Shown piece by piece: positions 53,775 through 64,000 of a DNA stretch of 64,000 nt. Source of the stretch: Octopus vulgaris (Eukaryota). The notes beneath the pieces were generated by a model. It made no database searches, was not told the origin of the DNA, and worked only from the letters and a program-made list of their open reading frames with translations. The stretch spans positions 31,310,001 to 31,374,000 of the forward strand of contig OX597818.1 of NCBI GenBank assembly GCA_951406725.2, read 5' to 3'. The translations under genes were made by a program, and so were the position numbers. Within the stretch, counting starts at the first letter, position 1; every line of letters starts with the position of its first letter.

Positions 53775-53923
53775 GACGAGCTTCCTTCAGTTTTCGTCTA
53801 CCACATCCACTGACAAAGCTTTGGTCAGCCAGAGGCTATAGCAGAAGACAGTTATCCAAGGTACCACGCAGTAGGACTGAACCCGTGGCTGGGAAGCAAG
53901 CTTCTTACCACACAGCCAAGCCT
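53500..53923 (-). mobile_element. SINE family A, diverged
   Basis: Both halves and the internal microsatellite are recognisable. Confidence 0.8.
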
Positions 53924-53944
53924 AAAAACGACCAAGAGATGCTT

Positions 53945-54650
53945 TTAACACCCGTAAAAGACAAAATAATATCGTTTAAAATGGACGCAAGTGTTAAAAA
54001 GATCAAAATCAATAGTAATCAGCAAGAAAGGAGTCCCTAGTAAATAAATATAACAATTGACGAAGAAAGCTTGTTATAGACATCAAAAGATAGAATATGT
54101 GACATGTATAAGCAATCAATCAATGGCAGTTATGATGGCGAAATCAGAAGAAAGATAGAAATTGCTGGAAAGTGATTGGAAAATGAAACCCTATAACATT
54201 AATATTGTAACGTGAATATTGAAACCGGAAAGATATTATTAAAATGTCCAATCTGCTACTGTGAGTTAAGACATGCGCTTTAGCTAAATAATTATCAAGT
54301 AGATTAGGAGCCTTTGAGATATGAACGCATAGAAGACACATGAGAATGTTGTGAACATTTTATAAAGTCAATGATGCAATACTGAGACTGGTCGTATCTG
54401 AGAAAATTTCGTTTGATTACATCTACGAGAGGAAGCTAAAATATTATGGACACTTAATTAGAAAGTAATGGTTTATAATGAATGTTGTAGAAAATAAAAT
54501 GAATAAAAGTGGAAGTGGGGAAAACCAAGAATTATGTCGACGGATAATATCGAGATTGGACTTAAAATAGGGGGAATATTTAGGAAAGATCGAGATAGTG
54601 TTGAATGTATTTAATTAGCTAATCGATGGTGATGATGAGGATGATGATAT
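53945..54650 (+). mobile_element. decayed RTE (BovB-like) LINE 3' end
   Basis: GSYDGEIRRKIEIA, LGAFEI*THRRHMRML, RKLKYYGHLIRK in order, ending in a (GAT)n-like tail. Confidence 0.7.
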
Positions 54651-55049
54651 CCCTCATCAAGTTTATCGAGAAACTAGCAAACCAAATATATTGGAAGCAA
54701 TGCAGGTCAACTGACATAGTCAAACGATATAAGAAGGAAATATAATTTTGTTATTACTGTTGTACGTTAATCCTAGGTCGTCGTTATCTGAGTAGACAAG
54801 AGAACGAAACCATTCAAGTGCTGCTCATCTCGTCAATATTTAAAGCTTTGAATATTGTGGAATATATTAACCAAGACAGAACAATGTAAATAATTAAAAA
54901 CGAAAAAAATAAAAGCTTTCGTATAATTTCAAAATCAACCGAGTATATCTGAGACATGAAACAAAACTGTTTACTGCGAGGCAATTAGGAACTCGAGGGT
55001 TATCGTAATCAGATCTCCTACTTGAACATCCAAGCCCAATTTTGATTTC

Positions 55050-55256
55050 AAAAAGTTTGACACAAAGTCCAGCAATTTCAGGGTATGGGATAAGTCGATT
55101 ACATCGATCCTAGTATTCACCAGGTACTTATTTTATCGACTCAGACAGGATGAAAGGTAAAGTCGACCTCGGTGGCATTTGAACTCAGGACGTAAACACC
55201 GATGAAGTGCCGCTAAGCATTTGCCCGTCGTTCTAACGATTCTCCCAGCTCTCCCG
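55050..55256 (-). mobile_element. SINE family B
   Basis: AAGTCGATTACATCGATCC..GGTACTTATTTTATCGAC..GGATGAAAGGTAAAGTCGACCTCGG..CTAACGATTCT.CCAGCTC. Confidence 0.8.
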
Positions 55257-55786
55257 TCTACATCCAAATACAATAATACTTTTTGTTTACAACGAACCGA
55301 TCATTCAACCTGCTAGATAAAGCAGCCAAATATCCCCTAAATACGTCTGTGGTGTGTAAAAACCAAATGGTAAAACAGATGAGATAACGTAGTCTTTAGT
55401 AAACTGTATGAAAAATACAGGTGTGGTGGTCACAGCTAGAATGCTTTTTGGGCATACATTAACTCGATCAGAAATGACCATGGTCGAAAGAACAACAAGA
55501 CCAACATGAATAACTACATCAACGTCATATTGCATTTTTTTTTATCTAAATACATATTTCACATTTAGCAGATACAGCAATTTACAACAATTTCTTGTCG
55601 TTGTCAATGAATAGTTCGCTGACAATGTAACGGAATTATATATCATACATATTTTAGCTGTATGTCATCCTAACCAATAGGCTGTGATTATGTCACGTTA
55701 ACCTATAGGCTGTGTTTATGTCACCAATAGGCTACGATGATAAATTGCAGCGTTATAGTATATACATATATCTATATCTATATCTA

Positions 55787-55881
<95 letters not shown>

Positions 55882-55912
55882 TTCTATATTTCTATCTATT
55901 TCTATATTTCTA

Positions 55913-55969
<57 letters not shown>

Positions 55970-55970
55970 T

Positions 55971-56042
<72 letters not shown>

Positions 56043-56049
56043 CTATCTA

Positions 56050-56150
<101 letters not shown>

Positions 56151-56319
56151 GTCTGTCTGTCTGTCTGTCTGTCTGTGTATCTATAGATATATATACACGC
56201 ATATATGTGTGTGTATGCATGTATGTGTGTGTGGATGAGAAAGCGGACGAGAAATAGAGAATAAGCAAAGAAACAAATGAAATATTAATCAATATGAAAA
56301 CATGAAAGATAATGCATGT

Positions 56320-56351
<32 letters not shown>

Positions 56352-56783
56352 TCGACGATGATGATGTCGACGATGATGATTATGATGGTGGTGGTGGTGA
56401 TGATGATGATCATGATGATGTTGAGGATGATGATGTCGACGATGATGATAAAGATTAAATCTATGTGGATGAAGATACGCACTCACAGTATGAGATATAT
56501 TTACCTACACACAGGGGTAAAACATTCACAATCATAGATGCATACACTTATCCGTGTACACGGGAATACGTATATAGATTCACACATGCGCAGATAGAGA
56601 GACAGAGATAAACAGACATTAACGCATACACACCAATAAGACGCACGCATACACACACACAAACAAACATACACATACATACACAAAGACACAAACAAAC
56701 AAGTATACATCTATACTCACATGTATATCTACACATACATACATACACACACAGAGACACAAAGACAAACACACATACATACT

Positions 56784-56854
<71 letters not shown>

Positions 56855-57756
56855 TCACAAACACATACACTCGCACACATACATAGGGTCTAATCTATTT
56901 TAGGAATGGAAGTGCCATGTCCCCTTTATTCTTATTCTAGATGGCTTGGTTTTGTAATAATTTGCTAATCCAGTTGAAATCCGAAGCCTAAAACCTGGGA
57001 TTAGCCTCCACTGATGTAAATAATCCCTATGACATGCAGAGAGGTTTTGGGGCTGGAATTATATGTACTCGTATTCTTCGCGTTGAATGATTCCTCAGTT
57101 ATGGTGCCTTTGAGAGATGTGGTCCGGGGTAGGTGAGACCTGCAAAAGTAATGTGTAGGGGGTAGCAATGTATGTACACCGTGTTAAGGATTTAAACCCT
57201 TTATAAACTGCGATTAGTTGCAATCAACCCTCCCCACGCTTATTCTACATTTAACTTTCCAGTACTTTTACCTCGTGAAATTTCTATTCGGCATTACTTA
57301 CATACTTCCTTTGCATACATATGTACAAACATACAAACGTAGATGCATGTATGTGAATGTACATATACATAGAAACGTCCATTTTTGTATATGTACGCAT
57401 GTATGCAGATGTACGCAATATATGTTTATATGTATATTTGTGCATATATCTACGTAGATATATGTTCTCGCCATGTCTATATTGCTATGTGAATATACAT
57501 ACATGTATTCGTATTTAATTTTGGATTAATAAACATACGAATATATTTTGAATAAATTATACGTACATACGTAAGTTCATACATACACAGATACATACAT
57601 GTGTGTGTATGTATGTATATATATAACATACATACATGTGTGTGTATGTATGTATATATATATACATACATACATATATATACATATATATATATACATA
57701 CATACATATATATATACATATATATACCTATACATATATATATATAAATATATATA

Positions 57757-57805
<49 letters not shown>

Positions 57806-57807
<2 letters not shown>

Positions 57808-57981
57808 TCTGTCTTCCCTTCTCTGGATCTTTCCTTCTCCTATGTTTCCGACGAAGAGCTCCGCTCGAAACGTTAAACCCTCCTTCTTTCCTTCTTTCCT
57901 GAGCGTCCAATAATACTATATTTGTTCCACGTCCTCGCGTTGTTGTGTTTTCTCTTTGTGTTTTCATGTTTGGATTAACTT
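57806..57981 (+). mobile_element. (TA)n-embedded hammerhead-bearing element
   Basis: (TA)n on both sides; second copy at 27362-27556 (minus). Confidence 0.75.
57844..57878 (+). ncRNA. minimal hammerhead-like motif, U4C variant
   Basis: GTTT / CCGACGA / A / GAGC-TCC-GCTC / GAAA / CG / TT / AAAC. Confidence 0.6.
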
Positions 57982-58046
<65 letters not shown>

Positions 58047-58049
<3 letters not shown>

Positions 58050-58348
58050 CGTGATCACCGTGACCGACAAGGCTATCTGATGTTGCTACACATTACTGGT
58101 CACAATGCGCTTCGCATCGTTTTAGCCTTCAAATGATGCCACCCCGCTGACTAAGCGAGCAGGCCAACAGAAGAAAGTGTGAGAGAAAGTTGTGGCGAAT
58201 GTGTACAGGAAGGATCGCCACCACCCTCTGCCGGAGCCTCGTGGAGCCTTAGGTTTTTTCGCTCAATAAACACTCACAACGACTGGCCTGGGAATCGAAA
58301 CCACGATCCTACGACCGCAAGTCCGCTGCCCTAACCACTGGGCCATTG
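58047..58348 (-). mobile_element. SINE family C head with alternative tail type 2
   Basis: The minus strand begins CAATGGCCCAGTGGTTAGGGCAGCGGAC..GGTTTCGATTCCCAGGCC, shared with 21867 and 25190; the 3' ~120 bp differ. Confidence 0.85.
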
Positions 58349-58349
58349 G

Positions 58350-58550
58350 TCTTTTACTTGTTTCAGTCATCAGACTTATACTGGGGCACCGCCTTGAAAT
58401 ATTTTAGTTGACTGAATCGACCCCAGTAATAATGTTTTTTATAGCCTAGTACTTATTCAATCGGTCGCTTTTGCTGAACCGCTGTGCAGACGTAAGCACA
58501 CAAAGTGGTTGTCAAGCGGTGGGCGGGGGAGGGACCACAAACACACAAAC
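58350..58550 (-). mobile_element. SINE family A, 3' half
   Basis: CTTTTACTTGTTTCAGTCAT..CTGGGGCACCGCCTTGAA..GCCTAGTACTTATTC..GGTTGTCAAGCGGT. Confidence 0.8.
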
Positions 58551-60287
58551 ACATGCGCACACATATACACAGTGAGTGCGTGAGTGAATGAATGAGTGAG
58601 TCAAATGAAGCCTAGCAGGTCAATACTTTGATGTCATTGTTGCCCTTCTATTCTAATTTACTAGAATAGATATGTACTCTACAAAGAAGCATTAAGTCTT
58701 TAGTTTACTGTTAAATTGTTTTTACTATGACTTGACATAAAAACAAACATGAATGTAGGCAGAGTTTAGCCAAATTATTAATAAGTTTGCTTTATAACCA
58801 CGAGATCCTATGTCTAGTTCCACTGCATGGCATCTTGGAAAAACGTCATCTTTTATAGCCTCAAGCTCATCCATACTTTGTGAGTGAAACTGGATCAATG
58901 GAAACTGCACAGAACGAACTCTGTAACCTAAAAAGTACAACTTTGTCTCTCACACGCTGTGATACTGATTTTGCCTGAGAATTACATTAAGGGTGTATGT
59001 GAGAGTGTAATGTAAAGCCATTTACAATTTGAAAGCATGTAATCCAGTTGATTGAACTGAATCCTCGTTGTTCAACGATGAAAATCCATCATCCTACCCC
59101 ACTCCCCACATGTTGCTGATGTCATAAGAATTTATAAACTTATAATTAGATCCTACATAGCTTCGTTGACCAAATTCAATTATAGGACTCGAATCACTAA
59201 CGAATATCGCTTTCTTTTGAGTAAGCGGTTTGGTTCAAGATTTTAGGAGATAGAAAAGTTAATATAGAAGATAGTGGAATATATTCTTGCATAAAATACC
59301 TTAGAAGTATAGTTGTCGTTGTTTAGCACCAAGTTAGTCTTGACCGAATTGAAACTATGATTAAAGGTGTTTCATCTTTGACCATTCATTTCATTCCGTC
59401 TCTCTTTCTGACTTTTGGTGTAACTAGAATTCCAGTATTCAATGTGCCCTTTCCTTCTTTTAAAGAACGTAGAGTGTGACACGAGGAAAATATATGACAG
59501 CTATTTCGATCAGATCGAGTGATCATATAGAAGTTCTCTGATTGACTTCTGGTACTTACAGACTTGCTGTTGTGTTAAGGGTGCGATGGCTCAGTTGACA
59601 GAGAATTTTTTAGACCAGGTACAACTAATTTTGGGTCAGTTTAGTAGAGAAATTGTAAAAGATGGACCAGCATTATAAATAAAGGCTTTCCACGTAACGT
59701 TACATAATAAAACTAAAGCTCAGAATAAAATCCTATGTGTTTGCGTTATTCATTAAAAGAAGAGTCAACTAAATATGTAGAGAATCGTGACAATTATTCC
59801 TTATCTTAAAGACATTCATAAAGAGCACAAGCGAAAGCGGGTATAACAAGAGAATCGAAATGATGTTGAAGAACGCGTATCACCTTATCTGGAATTTTCA
59901 TCATTATTCCAGACCCTTCATCATTATACTTACCCACTGAGATGCTAATGAATATTAATGTAAATGATTTCAGAGCAACATATACCCCATTGAATTAATA
60001 GCTTCTCCAAGATAGAACAAAGAATGTATTTGAGCTAAGAAGGATTAAGTAATGACATTTTATGGAAATTAGATGCGATTTCATCTACCATTTTATTTCG
60101 TTTTATGCATATTTTCTTGTTCTTATTTATTTATTATTACCATTGATGTTTGTGCTCATATATTCATAAATGCACATATCGTCATACATATTCATAGACA
60201 AGCATATAATACACTCTTAAATGCATCTGTACTTACGTGTATTTATGTTACGCAAAAACATACGGTTGTGTGATCATGCATAAATAC

Positions 60288-60324
<37 letters not shown>

Positions 60325-60488
60325 CATATACAGATATGTATTTATGCATATAAGTGTGCATGCATATATGCGTATTGATATGTAGATGGATACTGAGTAA
60401 TGCATATATAATGTTCTGTATAGTAATTGGAAGTATTGTTATATAATGCTTAAACATATCTATCTGTCTGTGTGTCTGTCTGTTTGTC

Positions 60489-60547
<59 letters not shown>

Positions 60548-61134
60548 CTAGCTAGCTAGCTAGCCATGTATGTACCTACATAACTATCCATCCATCCTTC
60601 CATTCATCCATCCATCCATCCATCCATCCATCCATCCACCCATCCATCCATCCGTCCCTCCGTCTATTCACCCGTTCATCTCTTTCTTACTCTTTTTCTT
60701 TGTCTCTTCTATTTGTCATTCTACAGTATATTTGCTCATGTCTTCGATAAGAAATACGCGTTCGATCCTTCAGAATAAAACGAAAGTGAATGGGTTTATC
60801 GCGTAACAACTCAATCTCAGTGTTGTGTTTGATATCTTATAACTTGAATAATATTTCACAAGATAACAAACCCTACATTATCAAGAATAGTTCAAGTTAC
60901 AATTCTGTACGAATCAGCCAGGAATCCTTTATACAATCGCTCAACGTACGAAAATCAGAAACCAAATCATCTTTCAATTTACAGCTTACGATCATAGAAA
61001 GTGAAAGGTAATTTGGCCACAATGTAATCTTAGAGATACAAAAACAAAAAATATGTGATGGTCATGCCTAGAAAGACTTTGGTCATAGCTCTCAAAATTG
61101 AAGTAGTGGAGAAAACAAGAAAAAGATCATTGGG

Positions 61135-61245
61135 GTAAGAAGATGCGTCCGAGTTCTGCCCCACTGCGTGACACTTTGGGTATGTGTCTTCTATTGTAGA
61201 CCAGAACCTTGTGATTGGATTTGGTAGAGGGAAACTGAACCCGTC

Positions 61246-61301
<56 letters not shown>

Positions 61302-61302
61302 G

Positions 61303-61357
<55 letters not shown>

Positions 61358-61362
61358 GTATG

Positions 61363-61407
<45 letters not shown>

Positions 61408-61792
61408 ATGTATGCATGTATGTATGAATGTATGTATGTATGTATATATATATATATATATATTACGATTTCGCACTACAACTCTTTACCTCTCGCTCAG
61501 AGATTTAATATAGTTTATTTCTCTCTTTTCGAGATCAGAGACAGTCTGATGCTGATGACGGGTAACTACCCAGAAACCCAGTCTGTGTGTATCCCGCAAG
61601 GCTAGAGATGGGAGCGATGACCTCTCGCAAATACTAATCGGACGCAGATAGCGTATCGTTAGCGAGCTGGAGGAGATGTCTTCTTGGGGCTAAAAGCAAC
61701 AGCAAACTCGTCCTCTATGGGACCACCACATTTAGTTGGCAAATATATTTTGTGATATATATATATATATATATATTATATATCGGAATATC

Positions 61793-61849
<57 letters not shown>

Positions 61850-62098
61850 CATATATATGTGCATGTGTGTGTGTGTGTGTATATGTACATATATATGTGC
61901 ATGTGTGTGTGTGTGTCATCGTGTCTATGTTTGTCCTTCCACCACCGTTTGACAACCAGTGTTGGCGTGTTTACGTCCCCGTAACTTAGCAGATCGGCAC
62001 AAGTGATCTATGGAATAAGTACTAGGTTTTAAAAAATAAGCACTGGAGTCGATTCGTTCCAATAACTGTCTAATGACTAAAAGAAGCAAAATAAAAGA
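61135..62098 (+). mobile_element. SINE family A split by an insertion in its internal microsatellite
   Basis: 5' half 61135-61246, 3' half 61920-62098; unrelated ~290 bp insert 61463-61755 between (TA)n tracts. Confidence 0.75.
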
Positions 62099-62135
62099 CC
62101 TGGTCAGCAGGTAGCCAAAGTGAAGCCGTCAGAGG

Positions 62136-62249
<114 letters not shown>

Positions 62250-62259
62250 CATACATCTA

Positions 62260-62326
<67 letters not shown>

Positions 62327-62747
62327 ATAATATATATATATAATAATATATATTATATGCAAAAGTACTTGATGAGAAATCAATTCAGTTCATTGGACTG
62401 CAACTGTGTGGATTGAAGAGCCTTGCTCAAGAACACAATGTATCGTCTGTTTCAGGAATTGAATCCGGGGCATTAAGACCGTGAACCCAAGTTTCTAATC
62501 GATGTACGGGGCGCTTTTATGTATGTATAATGTATATACATTATGTATAATTATACACGCATATACATAATACACATGTGTCTGCGCGCAGTTGAGAGAT
62601 TTTGTATACATAAATATTTATATAGATAACATACAAATATGTGCACAATATGTAGTATTAATTACACGCAAAAACTCACACGCACAGATATACATGTACG
62701 TATATAGGCATATATGTGCTATACAGATATACACATGATTACAAATA

Positions 62748-64000
62748 TCAGGTCATCCCGTAAGTTCCGTCCGATTTTACCTTGTTTAAAATTGGATAAA
62801 ATTTAATAGTATTTTACAATGTCTAATCGAATTAAAAATTATTTTTATGCATCTGTGTTCATTTAAACTAATTAAATACTATTTTACAGAATAATAGAAT
62901 TAAAATTTCTTTGATTAAAACCCTTTCTAACATGGAAGTATCCAAACAACATTTGAGGCACATAATGCTTTATGAATACAAAAAACGAAACACTGCAGCT
63001 GAAGCGACTCGAAACATACACTCAGTTTATGGGAAAGAATGCTTGAATAAAAGAACTTGCAGAAGATGGTTTGCAAAATTCACAAGTGGAGATTTCAGCC
63101 TTGAAGATGAAGATCGAACAGGACGTCCAGTTGAGTTTGATGATAAGCTCCTTGAGGCATTACTTGAAGAAAATTCTGCATTATCAGTTGAAGAATTGGC
63201 AATAAAGCTTACTTTAAACCATCGTCATCTTCAACAATTTGGAAAGGTTCCTAAACTTGGAAAATGGGTGCCTCATGAATTGTTCGAAAGCAACCGCAAA
63301 TCCCGAGTCGACATCTGCTCTTGTCTCCATTCTCGCGAACTCATTTCACCATTTTTGGATAGACTTGTGACTGGTGACGAAAAATGGATCTTCTATCGAA
63401 ATGTTAAACGTCGTAAACAGTGGTTTGGTAAAAGGGAAAAGGCTCAACCACAACCGAGAAGTGAACTTCATGGGGAAAAGGTTCTTCTCTCTATCTGGTG
63501 GGATTGCAAAGGAGTAATTCACTTTGAATTATTACCACCTAATGCAATAATCAATGCTCAAGTCTACTTCCAGCAATTAGAGTGTTTCGAGCAAGCTTTG
63601 AAGAAAAAAACCCGCTTTAGCGAATCGAAAAGGAGTGATGTTTCATCAGGACAATGCGCGACCCAATGCAAAGATCCCATCACAGAGGATCGAAGAGCTT
63701 GGTTGGAAAAAATTCCCCATCCACCTTATTCTCCCGACCTTGCTCCTTCAGACTACCATTTGTTTCATTGTTCACAGAATCATTTGGGAGACATAACATT
63801 CGCAAGCCAGGAGGAGATGGAAACTGACATTTCAGAGTTCTTCGCTTTGAAACCAAAGGAGTTTTACATTGATGGGATTAAAAAGCTTGTAAATAGATGG
63901 AAAGAAGTCATAGATAATCAGGGAAAGTACATTGATGATTAAATTTTAATTAAATATAACATTTGATCACATGTTTTCTTTATTCAAAATTCGGACGTAA
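62748..64000 (+). mobile_element. mariner transposon, near full length
   Basis: TA|TCAGGTCATCCCGTAAGTTCCGTCCGATTTT left TIR; the right TIR starts near 63986 (AAAATTCGGACGTAA) and runs off the window. Confidence 0.93.
62932..63942 (+). pseudogene. mariner DD34D transposase, open but with compensating frameshifts
   Basis: HTH, WVPHEL, TGDEKW and YSPDLAPSDY are in frame; the second catalytic motif FHQDNARP is only in a shifted frame (~63611-63710). Confidence 0.9.

Overview
AT-rich, microsatellite-saturated eukaryotic DNA that reads as intergenic or intronic; the repeat repertoire suggests a coleoid cephalopod such as Octopus (inference). I cannot support any host protein-coding gene, and almost all ORFs in the supplied track are translations of simple repeats. 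Recognisable content: two mariner (DD34D) copies, a decayed maT-type (DD37D) transposon, a pogo/Tigger relic, non-autonomous Helitrons, a MITE, RTE-type LINE fragments and many copies of at least three tRNA-headed SINE families. The main unexplained signal is about ten short non-coding elements of several sequence types, many of them foldbacks and most embedded in (TA)n tracts, each carrying a minimal type I hammerhead-ribozyme-like fold (stem I / CUGANGA / stem II / GAAA / short, usually palindromic stem III / NUH). These include compensatory core variants (G3-C8, U3-A8) and recurrent U4C and A6U variants. One is a palindrome with a tRNA-like Pol III head, an (AAT)n linker and a hammerhead tail (52705-53322). 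The architecture matches non-autonomous Penelope-like elements or retrozymes. All folds were read by eye, no activity has been tested, and boundaries are approximate.
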